Assembly: GCA_951406725.2 (NCBI GenBank)
Contig: OX597815.1
Coordinates: 99,882,001 to 99,946,000, forward strand
Length of the DNA: 64,000 nt
From: Octopus vulgaris
Taxonomy: Eukaryota
Direction: 5' to 3'
Both the position numbers and the translations under genes were made by a program. Shown here in pieces: positions 1 to 13,849 of this stretch. The notes beneath the pieces are model-generated. The model had not been told where the DNA came from and did no database searches. It saw only the letters and a program-made list of their open reading frames with translations. Each line of letters starts with the position of its first letter. Position 1 is the first letter of the stretch.

Positions 1-297
<297 letters not shown>

Positions 298-734
298 CAT
301 CCAGAAAAAACTTTGAACATGTACATAAATATATATTGTAATATAAATGGTACGATCAGCCTCTAAATCCACGCCTCTCACGAAACTTAGGCTTGCTTTC
401 GTGCATATTGCTCGCCAGTTCTGCCCATGTTTAACGCCTCTTGCAATATTTGGTAGTAGATCTTACCACTTCCGGCAGTGCTGGCGTGCCGTAGACGCTA
501 ACTGCTATTTCTCGTGTTCTTTGTAACATGCTTCCGAACGATGACATAGGTGCAGGCAGATTATTTGTCAATCACATAATCCATTGCATCGCTTTTATTT
601 GAATCGCCTACAGTTATCGTGCGTGACGAAGGATGTTGAAGCATTTTTGTCTCCCATGACTAGCTGAAATACCGAGGCCATTCAAAGTGGGAAATAACGA
701 CGTAGCTTATTCAAAAGCCAGGAACTCAAATTTT

Positions 735-1290
735 TTAAGAAAGTAACTACCCATGGCAGAATAAAGAAGAAAGAGAAATTAAAGCTAGGGTATGGAAAGG
801 AGAAGAAAAATTAGAAAGAAAAAAAGAGATAAGATCAGAATGGGGAAAAAGATTTGGTTGGTGAGTAAGAGGGTGGAGAGAATATATTTCAATAACAGCT
901 TTGGGAATATTAAACTGAATCAAGTGACCGCCCCTCCTACTCAAAATGGAAGAATTGAGATATGAATGAAAGACGAACAAAACAAATAAATCGAGAAGGC
1001 GGTGACGGCATGACTCTTTCTGTGTAAAAGTTAAAATTTCAAAATAGACAGAAGGCATTTGTCGATTTTGCCGTTGGAAGATTGAAAGCGATGTAAAGAA
1101 TGTGTCTAGAAGGAATTTCTCTTTAAACTTAGCGGCAGCTTCTCTTCTCTTCGATGTATAGAAGATTATTTGTTCAAAATGTTTGAACAGATCATTGGCT
1201 GCTAAAAACTATGATAACTTCCATGAAATACAACTTCCGTTGGCCAAACATTCTTTAACTATTATCGTATCAACGAAACGAATATGGTTG
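735..1290 (-). mobile_element. Possible highly decayed PLE 3' remnant
   Basis: Minus strand is pyrimidine-rich like other PLE 3' ends here, with a very eroded HHR-like trace (cactTGAT...aaagctgttattg) near 890-926. Confidence 0.3.
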
Positions 1291-1729
1291 CTATCAGCGA
1301 AATAAATAGTGATATTACAAGCTCAGATGTTGTTTATTCGAGTTTTACAATTAACAACAGAAGTGAGGTGAAAGAAAGCCAGACAGAAGCAAAACAGATG
1401 ACAAGAGAGAAAGAGAGACATGGGGAGATAAAAAGAGAGAGAGATACGGAAAAAGAGAAACAGAGATAAGGAGAGTAAGAAGAAGGAGAGGGGCAAAAAA
1501 TGGGGGAGGAAAATGTAGGAAGTTTTATTATGAAACATCAAACTGATTGAAGAATTGTGTTGGATTTGTGTGCTTTTCTAAATAAAACATTTATGTAAAT
1601 ATTCTGTTTGGAATTCAAGCTATCACTCTCCTATAAATGAATGTAAGTATGAATGTATGAATTTATATATTTATATATAATACATACATTTATGCATATA
1701 CATACATATATATATACGTATATATGCAT

Positions 1730-1774
<45 letters not shown>

Positions 1775-2641
1775 CGTATGTATGTAAGTTTATGTAAACA
1801 AATAGGAATGTAGGTAAACAAATGAATGTAAAATAGCGACACCAAATATGTAGTGCATATTGAAATACCGGGAAGATGTTTGTATGCAAGTTAGTATATT
1901 TGTCAGAGTGTGCATATCTGTTAGTATACGTATGAATATTTCCGTATCTGTATACGTTTATAAGTGTGTCAGAATGTATGTTTTCACGTGTGTGTATGTG
2001 TGTGTGTATGTGTGTGTGTGTGTGCATATGCGTGCGTGCGTGTGTGTGTGTGTGTGTGTATGTGTGTGTGTGTGTGCATATGCGTGCGTGCGTGTGTGTG
2101 TGTGTGTGTGCGAGTATATTCAGCTAATACATTCTGCTGTTCAACACAAGGGAGAGTTGAACAATGGAGGGTTTCCAGATACGAAGCCCCTCTCATGTAT
2201 GTCCTTCAGTCCTTAACTCCTTACACTGTAAAGGGCCCCAGCCACATCCAAGCCATGACCCTGGGCATTCCCCTGATATCCTTTTCTCTGCTATTGTCTG
2301 CTTGTCAACCCTTCTGGATGGTTAAAGTGTCCCAGATCAAAGATACCCTGTGTGTTGTAACGAGCTCAGTTGAAAACGCCAGTTGACAGTACGGTACATT
2401 GGTTGGAACTCCTTTCTCTCTCTCTCCCTCTCTCCCTCTCTCTCTCTCTCTCTCACACACTCTCTCTCTCTTCATCCACTCTTTTCCCTACTGAGAACAG
2501 ATTGGCTTCCGAATCTTTACTTGCCAGAATTGCATTCACCTAGAATGGGATTTCCCCAAAGACATCAAACTACGGATGTTCGAACTTCATCGATCTCAAC
2601 AATTCGAGGTCTGAAGTAAAGGGCTAACACGTCATCGCACG

Positions 2642-2674
<33 letters not shown>

Positions 2675-2724
2675 ATATATATATATATACGCATATATGC
2701 ACAAACTCTCTCTCTCTCTCTCTC

Positions 2725-2838
<114 letters not shown>

Positions 2839-2849
2839 TTACACACGTA

Positions 2850-3460
2850 AGCGTTAACAAATCCTCTTTAGAACGAATTAGGAAAGATCTACACAAATTC
2901 TTCTCTGGCTTCAACTTATCCATTACTTTTCAAACACCGCTAATTTTTTAGACGTTACTTTAAACTTAGAAATGTTCCAATACTCCCAACATCATAAACC
3001 TAACCAGTACGTTAAGTACTTAAACATTAATTCCAATCACCATAAATTCACCTTCGAAAATATAGTTAAGGGTATTTCGGTTCGTACATCTTATAATGAT
3101 ATTAATAACATAGACCAATCTACTCTCATCACCAACCTCTCCCTAGACCTTATTACTTCCTCCATTCCTGAGAATAATCCCCACAATGCACTACCATGTA
3201 ACTGCTGCCCTGGAACTTTTTACCCCCTTCAAACCCATTGCAGAAGGTCTAACGTAATCTACAAATGCACCGTCCTCAACGCGCTACACAATTGTAAAAC
3301 CTTATATATATAGGATCAACTATATTCTTTAAACAAAGATATGCTGCACATCACAATTCTTTTAGATTTTAGAAACACAGTAAATCCACAACCCTCGCCA
3401 GTCACATATATCTTCTTAAAAATAAGAATATTCCACATAACTTATCATAGTATGTTCCAT
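2850..3460 (+). mobile_element. Penelope-like element: RT C-terminus/thumb plus GIY-YIG endonuclease, pseudogenised
   Basis: Translations read FLDVTLNL..HKPNQYVKYLNINSNH..IVKGISVR, then CNC...PLQTHCRRSNVIYKCTV...YI(G)ST..FKQRYAAHHNSF..STTLASHIYLLKNKNI. These are PLE RT-thumb and GIY-YIG motifs, with frameshifts and an internal deletion. Confidence 0.85.
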
Positions 3461-3689
3461 TATAGATTTGGGACTTCCATACAGTACATATACCGAATAT
3501 CCCTTTGGTAACCTCGAACAACCTTATGTGACTCCAATTTCTCAATCTTTTAATTTCTTGATTTCTTAAATTGTCTGATAATATAAATGATATATATACG
3601 AGTATATATGCATGCATGCGTATGTGTATAGGTACATATGTATACGTGTGAGTATGCGGGCCTATATAATTGTGCATATACACATTTAT

Positions 3690-4580
3690 ATATACATATT
3701 TTCTTTCTCTCACTGATTTATCATTCCCCATTATCACTTTATCTAATACAATATCTGACTTCATATAAATGCCTACATCCATTTTTAGAACCTTGACCAT
3801 TGTGTCTTCTTTTTCTTCCCGTCCTTTTTGAGGTTTACTACTCACTTTTAGTTCCCAACTCCGTACCACATTCTTTATCTATCTCACCACCTTAGTGCCT
3901 TTTCAAACATATCACCCCACCTCCAACTTCTCACACATAAACCTTCCTTACATTCTTATCTCTTCCTTCTATCCCTCCACCTATTCTTTTTATCTACTGA
4001 TAGCTCTCCTCTCCCCACCCCCTCACAATATCTTGACCATCACCTAGCACTCCTATTTTCTCTTCCTCTTTCTTTCCTCCCTTAATCCTTTTGAACAATA
4101 CCATTTTTCTTCCTTCTAACATACTTATCTATTCTCTTCTCTCTACTTCCCTCTACCAGTCTATTCTCATAACTTCATTTACACAACAAGATTCCTTTGA
4201 ATGAACAGCACATGGAATTAATATCCGCACACAATCCATTTGTAATAACAAAATATGAACTATCGGAATTTACATACCATGGACAAAAAGCCTTTTTATC
4301 CATTCTACTCAGCACATTCCTTGGATAATGGAACAGCAACTTTGATATCCAGCATATATTTTTATTCTCAAATTTCCCTTTATACTTCCTAAACCTCTCC
4401 CTTTCCTAAATAACTTTATATATTGATCTCTATTATTTCCTTCTACTTAACTCGTTCATATCGTCTCTGATGATGGGATATCTTTTATATCCCTGAAACA
4501 GCTGTAAGACTACCTTTCTCCTTATAAATGTCCAAGAAATTTCACACTGCCTTGGCTTTGTTGTCTCATTTTACTTAACG
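3690..4580 (+). mobile_element. PLE 3' UTR / pseudo-LTR region
   Basis: Long pyrimidine-rich tract downstream of the PLE coding remnant, with a hammerhead motif about 70 nt before its end. Confidence 0.6.
4463..4510 (+). ncRNA. Minimal type I hammerhead ribozyme
   Basis: gtct-CTGATGA-t-gggatat-ctttt-atatccc-t-GAA-ACAGCTGT-A-agac: stem I gtct/agac, 7-bp stem II, palindromic stem III, GUA cleavage triplet; T-T mismatch at the base of stem II. Confidence 0.85.
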
Positions 4581-4953
4581 TATACACGCTCACACACGAC
4601 CGGCATTAGACTCCTCACGCATACTATTATCGATCATGTAGCCCAAATTGTGCCAATGCTCTACGCAACACTTCAACATACTAATCGACATATACCAATG
4701 GCCCTCGCTTCAGCAGCCATTTAACGGTATTAGTTACATCCATTTTATTTTAAATTCAAAAGATGTTACATTCAAATGTTTCTCATTATTTTTGTCGTCT
4801 GTCAACTCTTCCCTGAAAATGTTTGCCCGACACGTCGGATATTCTGCTCTCCACAGCAACTACGAAGTACTCTTTTTATTATTGTTTTGCTGACACATAT
4901 TAACACGTCTCTTTCTTATTTGTTTACTTATATACATACATACTTACACACAC

Positions 4954-4984
<31 letters not shown>

Positions 4985-5059
4985 CATCAATGAATATATA
5001 TATATACATGTGATATATATATGTGTGTGTGTGTGTGTGTGTATGTGTGTTTGTGTGTA

Positions 5060-5095
<36 letters not shown>

Positions 5096-5158
5096 TGTTT
5101 GTATGTATGTATGTATGTATGTATGTATGTATATATGGATGGACACATGTATGTATTA

Positions 5159-6021
5159 CAGGGTGCGATGAATAAACTGTAGTCTAAGTTATGCAAAAAT
5201 GAAAATAACACTGACATCTCATTTTAACAGACATATTTACCAAAATGACATTAAAATATCTTGAAATACTAAAGAGTAAATTTGTTCAATAAAATCGCTT
5301 TTGGCTTTAAACACGGCATCCATACGACTTCGGAATCTCCTGAAAACCTTCTGGACGGTCTCCCTTTAAGTTCGTGAATGTTGCCATAATCCTTGCCTTC
5401 AGTTCATCTTTGATGTTACACGGAGTTTTGTTGGTCTCTCACTCAGCTGCACCCCAGACATAATAATCAAAGAGTGTTTGCAGTCTGGAGAGCTATGTGG
5501 CCAGATTTTAGGGCTGATGTGGTCGCAGAAATTGTCTGACAGCTATGACTGGGCTCTCCTACTTGTGTGGCATGGTGCAGAGTCCTGGTGCCAGACAGAG
5601 GGTCTTTCAGCAGTCACCCTCTTCACCCAGGACAGCACTACATCCTCCAGGCACTTGATGTAGGCCTCTGTGTTGAGTGTGAGGCCGTGTAGGAAGATAA
5701 ATGGATCACTAGTAATCACTCCGAACACCATGATGTTGACTAGATGTTTGATTTTTATCACTCTCGGTACATGTTTTGAGTGTCAAAGTGATACCCAAAC
5801 ACTCTGAAATGTTCGTATCGGAGCTTCCGGAGCGAATGCTAAGCAGTACAGCATGTCATTTCCAAATTTCTGGTAGAGTGAATTGCATCATGGTGAACTT
5901 TTCTCTCAGACGGTGCCCAACTGACCCTACTATACTGCGTAGTCGATAAAATCAAAAGCAAATAATGCGCATGCACGAAATTAAAAATATAAAATGGTGA
6001 CAATTTATCCATCGCAGTCTG
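5159..6021 (-). mobile_element. Tc1/mariner superfamily, maT (DD37D)-like, internally deleted
   Basis: Imperfect TIRs cagggtgcgatgaataaactgt / acaatttatccatcgcagtctg, TA on both flanks. Minus-strand remnant IMVFGVITSD...WHQDSAPCHTSRRAQS*LSDNFCDHISPKIWPHSSPDC..DYYVWG gives about 37 residues between the last two Asp, across a frameshift. Confidence 0.88.
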
Positions 6022-6069
6022 TATATACATACATATATATTTGTATGTTAGTATGAATAGATAGACAGC

Positions 6070-6107
<38 letters not shown>

Positions 6108-6283
6108 AAGAAAGAGAGACAGACAGACAGACAGACAGAAACCCGTCGAGAGTTTGATGAACTAATTGATTATATATTACCGCCCCAAAATCTGATACAG
6201 AAGCGAAGCCAAAGCCACTAGCATCAGCATCAGCATCAGTAGTATCAGCAGCGACAACAGCGGTAACGGCAGCAGCAGCAGTG

Positions 6284-6342
<59 letters not shown>
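6284..6342. repeat. (TAG)n microsatellite in a trinucleotide low-complexity region (6220-6560)
   Basis: Directly visible. Confidence 0.95.
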
Positions 6343-6343
<1 letters not shown>

Positions 6344-6789
6344 AGTCAGCTGTTGTTTCACTCAACATTACTCGTTATTTCAGCAATTTTCCAGTTGTTA
6401 TAATGATAGTTATTGATATATTGGGTGTGTAGCAAGAAGGCATGGTGGCAGTGGTAGTAGTGGTGGTGGTTGTTGTGGTGGTGGTTGAAATGGTGCTAAA
6501 AGTGGTAGTTGTATAGGAGCTAATAGTGGTTGCAAGGGACTTGTGGTGATGGCGATGGCAATGGTTGTAGCGATCGTGGAGATGGACGTACACAAGAAGG
6601 TGAGGCTATTTGTCGTAATCGCGTTAGCTTTGTTGCTCTTGGTGCGATGAGGATGAAGATGAGTGTAGGCTCAGACAGCGATATTGACTCGAACGTTTTC
6701 TCCTCTTCGTTACGCTTTCTCTATTACTTGACCTTACACACACGTTCCCATTATTGAAACCAACACTCACACTTTTCACACGCACGCAC

Positions 6790-6899
<110 letters not shown>

Positions 6900-6903
6900 G
6901 TAC

Positions 6904-7075
6904 AGGCGCAGGAGTGGCTGTGTGGTAAGTAGCTTGCTAACCAACCACATGGTTCTGGGTTCAGTCCCACTGTGTGGCATCTTGGGCAAGTGTCTTCTGC
7001 TATAGCCCCGGGCCGACCAATGCCTTGAGAGTGGATTTGGTAGACGGAAACTGAAAGAAGCCTGTCGTATATATG

Positions 7076-7116
<41 letters not shown>

Positions 7117-7312
7117 TTGTACCCCTAGCATTGCTTGACAACCGATGCTGGTGTGTTTACGTCCCCGTCACTTAGCGGTTCGGCAAAAGAGACCGATAAA
7201 ATGAGTACTGGGCTTACAAAGAATAAGTCCCGGGGTCGATTTGTTCGACTAAAGGCGGTGCTCCAGCATGGCCGCAGTCAAATGACTGAAACAAGTAAAA
7301 GAGTAAAAGAGT
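6904..7312 (+). mobile_element. SINE family A: tRNA-like head, CORE-like block, internal microsatellite, LINE-like tail
   Basis: A-box-like tggctgtgtggtaag, B-box-like ggttcagtccc, CORE-like catcttgggcaagtgtctt, tail ggcggtgctccagcatggccgcagtcaaatgactgaaacaagtaaaagag. Related copies at 24870-25075, 25865-25985, 31773-31915 with 34000-34220, and 59228-59665. Confidence 0.85.
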
Positions 7313-7353
7313 ACATACATACATACATACATACATACATACATACATACATA

Positions 7354-7453
7354 AAGAAGAAGAAGAAGAAGAAGAAGAAGAAGAAGAAGAAGAAGAAGAA
7401 GAAGAAGAAGAAGAAGAAGAAGAAGAAGAAGAAGAAGAAGAAGAAGAAGAAGA
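7354..7453. repeat. (AAG)n microsatellite
   Basis: Pure run; source of the poly-K/S/F ORFs. Confidence 0.98.
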
Positions 7454-7751
7454 AAACCTTGCGAGTGAATTTGGTTTGGTAGACGGAAACTGAAGGCAAT
7501 CTGTCATACATATAAACATTTGGCGTTTGCCAATCTTCTCTTGAAACGAGGCGCCGGATTTACTGTAGCATTTCCACGTGACTCGTCGCCGGTTGCATAC
7601 CCATGGTTTTTGTACATATGACCTGCAAATTGTGGTTATTATGTCGAGTTAAGACATTACACAATTACTTTGTAGATATTTTTCTCTTTATTTTGACTGT
7701 GTCCATTGAGCTTCATGTATGTAACATTTATATATATATATATATATATAT

Positions 7752-8377
7752 AATTTCAACAATTGAGGGTAAAATTAATTAATTATTAATCAATTTCACC
7801 AAGTATTCAGTATGTAAAGGGACCATTTTAGGCGAATTCAAAATATTACATTATATATAAGGGCTTAGTAAAATAAATTACTTTGCCACATACTGAACTC
7901 ATTAGAAATAGCAGCTAAAGAAATTTCTTAGAATTTCTTAGTATTAGAAATAGCTAAAGAAATTTCTTTAGCTGTTATTTCTAATGAGTTTGGAAAGGGG
8001 AGAGCAGAAATTCTTCGCTTGCATATTTTGAATTTGATAGCACTTTTAGTTCGAGCGGAATTCTAGAGGTGATAAGAAGCCGAAAGGGTAATGCTCCCAC
8101 TTTCAGTGATCCCAAATCCGAATCAAGGAGTTCTGAGCTGACGAAAGAAATGTCGATTTGACTAATCTAGAAACGTACGTTCTCAAATAACCTTTGCACT
8201 TGATTTTTTAATGTTTTTTCCCCCATACCTTTGTGAGTTGGTTTGAGCAAACACTATCTGAGAGAGATCTTCTTTAAGTATTAGAAATAGCTAAAGAAAT
8301 TTCTTTAGCTGCTATTTCTAATGAGTTCAGTATGTGGCAAAGTAATTTATTTTACTAAGCCCTTATATATAATGTAA

Positions 8378-8382
<5 letters not shown>
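7752..8382. mobile_element. PLE terminal region with inverted arms
   Basis: 7841-7929 is the reverse complement of about 8295-8382; direct repeat 7940-7990 / 8277-8327; 22-bp palindrome agctaaagaaatttctttagct; flanked by (TA)n; contains an HHR. Confidence 0.7.
8134..8185 (+). ncRNA. Type I hammerhead ribozyme
   Basis: tgag-CTGACGA-a-aga aat gtc gattt gac taa tct-a-GAA-ACGTACGT-T-ctca: stem I tgag/ctca, palindromic stem III, weak interrupted stem II. Confidence 0.72.
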
Positions 8383-8424
<42 letters not shown>

Positions 8425-8427
<3 letters not shown>

Positions 8428-8667
8428 CCTTCTCGAGCCATGCCAGGCTCATAAGGGCCGGTTTCTCGGTTTCAGTGGCGTAGAAATTCCCCACATGGAC
8501 GGGACGCCGGTCCGTCGCAGGACTACTCATTTTTGCCACCTGAGGGAGCTGCCGCAACGTGAAATGAAGTGTTTTGCTCAAGAACACAACGCATCGCCCG
8601 GTCCAGGAATCGAAACCACAACCTTACGATCATGAGTTCAACACTCTAACCACTAAGCCACGCGCCT

Positions 8668-8670
<3 letters not shown>
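8425..8670 (-). mobile_element. SINE family C (tRNA-derived head), tail type 1
   Basis: Minus strand ggcgcgtggcttagtggttagagtg...gtttcgattcc (A/B boxes), then ttgtgttcttgagcaaaacacttcatttcacgttg, shared with other family C copies. Confidence 0.85.
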
Positions 8671-8714
<44 letters not shown>

Positions 8715-9454
8715 AAGCTTGTGTTTATGTACCTAGCTATGTATAAGTAAGTGCATGTGTGTATGTGTGTGGTCATATTTGTGTGTGTTAACTGTCCACA
8801 AACGGCCGATGAAGAGAATTACTGAGTAAAAAAGAAAGGAGGTAAGAGTTAGCAAAACTGTTGCAGTATTGTAGGTTCAATAAAGCGATAACAGCTCCTG
8901 GACACTCTGTAGTGGCATGATCCACAGAGGAAACCAGGAAGTCGCTGATATTGGTCCGGTAGCCAAGTATAAATACATATATATTGATTATTTATTGCCT
9001 ATGTTATGAACAGATTTTCTTAGGATAAAAACAGAATTAACTCTCCAACAACCCGCCCAATAAAGAACAAATTTTTCTGAATGTCTTTCGTTTTAAATTT
9101 TCACACAAAATTGTTTCCTCTTTTTCTTTTTTTATTTTATTTTTCTTTTGTTATGTCTACAATGTTATACGGTTGTATTATTCAAATCGTTGGTTATGAT
9201 AACGATATTCCTGGGATGAATTTCATTGGAATTCTATCTAATCACAAATCATAAACCATTAATACACATTTCGAACCCTATGAAATATATCTAACCGCAG
9301 ACTAAGTTATGATAGTATACATCCAGAATTATTTAAAGGATATTATTATAGAGTAGTAAATTGTATTACACAGTTAGAACGGTAGCAGACATACATATAT
9401 GGTTGTGTCTCTGTACGTGTGTGGGGTGGATATTTGGATGTATGAATGTTTCTT

Positions 9455-9780
9455 CCACGTTTGACGATCACAATTTAGTTGTACGACCAACTGAATAACC
9501 TGCTCCTAAATTAACATTTAAGTAGCAGAGCATTTCATACCCACATGCACCCTTAACGTAATTCACGAGCAAAAACAGCGTGATACAGCATGACAAGTTT
9601 TTATTTATGAATTAAATTAGAATCCTTTGGAACTGGCTTCTGTTCAATTCTTGTTTACCCAATTTCACTCTCAAAGTTACAGGTCGACACTCGCCTTAGG
9701 TGCCACGTAGTGCAATCGAACCCGAAATATCGTGGTCGCAAAGAGGACTTCTTGACCATTCGGCCGTACTGCACCTGCAT
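9455..9780 (-). mobile_element. Degraded SINE with family C tail type 3
   Basis: cccttaacgta...cagcgtgatac matches the tails at 44170-44342 and 47153-47300. Confidence 0.55.
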
Positions 9781-9896
9781 TCATATGCTTGTGTATGCAT
9801 TTCTTTATGTATATATATATACATATTTACCTATGCATATGTATGTATATACATCTGTATGTATGTATATATATTTATATATATATATATATATAT

Positions 9897-11032
9897 ACTA
9901 GCATTATGACCCGTCGTTGCCGGGTCATAGTGCTAGTGCATGTATATATGTGTATATATATGTGTACATATTACATGTACATCTATATATATAAATCTAC
10001 ACATTAAATACAAAATACAAAGTTATATCTTGATATCGCTAGTGATAACAATACTCAAAATATATAACAGACTGGAATTGTAAGCCTGCCTCTTGCAATT
10101 TCGATCAATGGTATCTTTCCTCCCTCTTGTATAGAAGTGTGGCTACAATCCAGCCTACCTCAACTTCGGGGGGGGGGGAGCATTTTAAAGTTTTATCCGG
10201 CACGTCCTACGTCCCAGATATAAAGGTAAAAATAAAATATTTCCACTTTGCAAGTTTGAGTCGAGTACTCCCTTGCACGCTCCGTTGACTCGAACCTTGC
10301 TTCTATTGTGGCGAATTTACCGCCTTTGGTTAGATATCTTTCATAGTCGCACCAAAACACTTTTCGAAGGTGCTTTCCTCCAGGTGTTCAAATCTTCTTT
10401 TTTCTCTACATTGTATACTTTATAGACAATAGTCTTTTCTTTAATTTATTTTTTTATTATCCATCTGGACTATTCCATTTCTGCACTCTAATTATATTTT
10501 TAATTTATTCCCATTCATGTGAAACCACTTATTCAAGTTCAAGTCATTGATGCAATTTTATACCAATTGCTATTTTTACTTTTGTTATGTTACGATTATA
10601 TTTTACTTTAGTTTGATTTTAATTATTACTTACTACATATAATTCAATTGTTGTTATTATTTTTATTGTTAAAGTGAAAGTATCTGACATAAAATAGAGA
10701 AATGCTTTTGTTTCACTTTTAACACGTAATACTGAAATAGTGGAGAAGATATGATATTGCTATGGGCTCGCTCTAGGCAAGAAGATGAACATTTTTTTGC
10801 CCATGAAACTACATGGACCCTAATTAAGGCATGTGTAAAATTTGAATGTTTTAGGGAATCGTAGTGGAGAAGATATGATATTGTTGTGGGCTCGCCCTAG
10901 GCAAAAAGTTCAAAATTTTTGCCGATGACATTCCCCGGACTCTAAGTAAGGCATGTGTAAAATTTGAATGAAATTGGTTGTGCAGTTCTCAAGTTTTAGG
11001 GAAACACACAGACAGACAGACACACATTCTCA

Positions 11033-11040
<8 letters not shown>
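9897..11040 (-). mobile_element. Non-autonomous Helitron/DINE-like rolling-circle element
   Basis: Minus-strand 3' end is a 17-bp-stem hairpin (actagcattatgacccg-tcgttgc-cgggtcatagtgctagt, 9897-9937) ending in CTAGT. The 5' end reads tataaaactgagaatgtgt(gtct)n. Internal two-copy tandem repeat of about 120 bp (10738-10848, 10862-10970). Confidence 0.72.
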
Positions 11041-11076
<36 letters not shown>

Positions 11077-11082
11077 CACACA

Positions 11083-11175
<93 letters not shown>

Positions 11176-11178
<3 letters not shown>

Positions 11179-11400
11179 GGAATGCTGAAAAGTTCCTAGA
11201 TTTGAGTAAAACGGGTAAAAGAAAATTCAGGAGGATCAGTTAATTACGATTTTATTCAACATCCCTCTCAGATTCACTTATTTATGGCAGCGCTTCTTCA
11301 GTTTTTCAAAGCCTTGCAAAAGAACTCGGAAGGTTGGGCCTCCAGTCTGGTCTTAGGCGATACCCTTATCACCAGCCACATTTTAGCACCCACTTCGTAT
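11176..11400. mobile_element. Mariner-derived MITE remnant
   Basis: Eroded inverted termini tgctgaaaagttcctag / cagccacattttagcacccacttcgta, TA flanks, about 220 bp, non-coding. Confidence 0.5.
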
Positions 11401-12551
11401 GTAAAGGTCTTGTATATCATATTTTTGATAAAGAAATTCTAAACAAATTGATTATATCTTGCTCAAATTCTAATAGTCAAACATGTTCACTATAATAAAC
11501 CATATGTGTAGCTCTATTTTATATAGTACTAATTAAATATTTGTAGTCCTAGCCTGGTTGTAAATTACAGATATGCTATTCGAAACATATTCCTTAGATC
11601 TAGTCCTTAATTATAAACTGCAAATACATAGTTAGAACGTTATAAATTTACCATGTTATCTGTCAAATGCTTAACATAGAGTCAGATCTGTGAGCTAACG
11701 CACTGTAGTCTTCACGTCTTCGTTAAGTTTAAGTGACGACAATTAGAAATTAGAATGAGAAGGGTTTTATTTTTATTTTTCCTTCTTTCTTTTCTTTTTT
11801 TTTTTCCTGACACGTTTCACAGAGAAAGCATTCTTTAAAACAGAAATAAGATTTTGACGCATTTCGCCATTGGGTGTGAAATATGGAGCCTCGCTATTCG
11901 TAAAAAGGCGGCAAAATATTTCTTGTTTACATATATTGTTTCATTGTTAAAGGTTTTCTCTCGTTTCTGTTGCTTTGTGTTTGTTGAGCACACATACATG
12001 TATGGCTGTCTATCTGTCTATTTATCTATTTCTCTGTCTTTGTGTCAGTCTTGCTGATTCCTTTCATGGTTCTGTACACTAAATACAAATACACAAATAC
12101 ACATAAATATACATTTATATATTATATTCTTGTTTGTAGAAGTATATGCGTGCGGATTTGTGTGTGCGCGTGTGTTCACTTGTCTATAACGTGCATAGTC
12201 AAAGCACAACACAAATCAAAGGAGTATATACGTATATACATTAGCAGATACTTATCATACACATACACACACACATATACACACACATATATATACATAT
12301 ATGTATATATATATATATATATATATCTATATACATATATGTATATATATATGTATATATACATACACAAATATATATACAGAGTTGTTCATATATCTAC
12401 ATTTATAAGGTTATATGCACACACACAGATGTGCAGCACTTACATAAACCACATACACACACACAGACACAGATATATATACATACATAAGCACATTTTT
12501 ATAAACGTATATATAAATGTGTATATATATGTACATACAGATATAGATATG

Positions 12552-12605
<54 letters not shown>

Positions 12606-12633
12606 TATATATATATGTATGTATATATACATA

Positions 12634-12691
<58 letters not shown>

Positions 12692-13426
12692 TTGTATGTT
12701 TTTCCTTGCATTTTCTGTAAACTCGTAGTTAATCTGACAAGATTCCTGTTCTATTAGTGTTTTCTGTTAAACGAGGTGTCATCTCGCATCCAAACTACAA
12801 AGCATTATTCAACGAGGTGTTATTTTCTCTTATCTCAAAATGCTATTAAAACCATGCAACAGAATACATCCAGGAGAATTATACAATTCTTCATTAATTC
12901 CTGTTTTACGAAATATTTAGCAAGCAGGTAAGAGTCAGAAGAAAATAGGTAGAAGAAATATATAGACTTTTTTGTTTTGTATTTTTTTTTCTTTTTTGTC
13001 TTTATGTTTTGTGCCTTTTATCCTATTTTTCGTTATCCTGCTTTATGTTGTTCTGTATTTACAATCATTCGTGTTATTTTGATATATATGTTGGATTGTG
13101 CGTTGAAATTATTCATGTATTTAAGGAAACTTATTAACATCCCTTAAGACACTTATTACACTCTCACATTTATATTTAGTACACAAACATATACACAGAC
13201 ACACACATACACAGACGCACACATACACACTTAAGCTTATACAGACAAAGAGATACACACAGGGTTTCGTCGATAATATATCAATCCCAGTGGTTGTTTA
13301 AGTCTGTTATCTAATCTATTTGCAAACCTCTACCTCACGAAGTATAAAAGGTTTCATCAAAATATGCGTCATTGGTTTTTGGACTGAATCAGATATAGAA
13401 TCAAATATAGAAACAATACATTAAAT

Positions 13427-13442
13427 ATAGATAGATAGATAA

Positions 13443-13529
<87 letters not shown>

Positions 13530-13595
13530 TATGGAAGGATGGATGGATGGACAGAAGGATGGATGGATAGATGTACATTATAGATAGATATACAT

Positions 13596-13639
<44 letters not shown>

Positions 13640-13734
13640 TAGATAGCCAGATATAAATTATATGTAGATAGATAAATAGATAGATAGATATTATATATAT
13701 ATACATATAGATAGATAGATAAATTCATAGATAC

Positions 13735-13823
<89 letters not shown>
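13427..13823. repeat. Compound (GATA)n/(GATG)n/(TA)n microsatellite
   Basis: Directly visible. Confidence 0.96.
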
Positions 13824-13824
<1 letters not shown>

Positions 13825-13849
13825 GTATTTATATATACGCAGATACATC

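Noticed and set aside
300-730. Possible mariner remnant (minus strand SWETKMLQHPS)
   Set aside because: One weak motif and no convincing TIR pair.
6582-6650. Short signal-peptide-like [25 protein letters not shown]
   Set aside because: Only 22 codons beside low-complexity sequence, no supporting gene structure.
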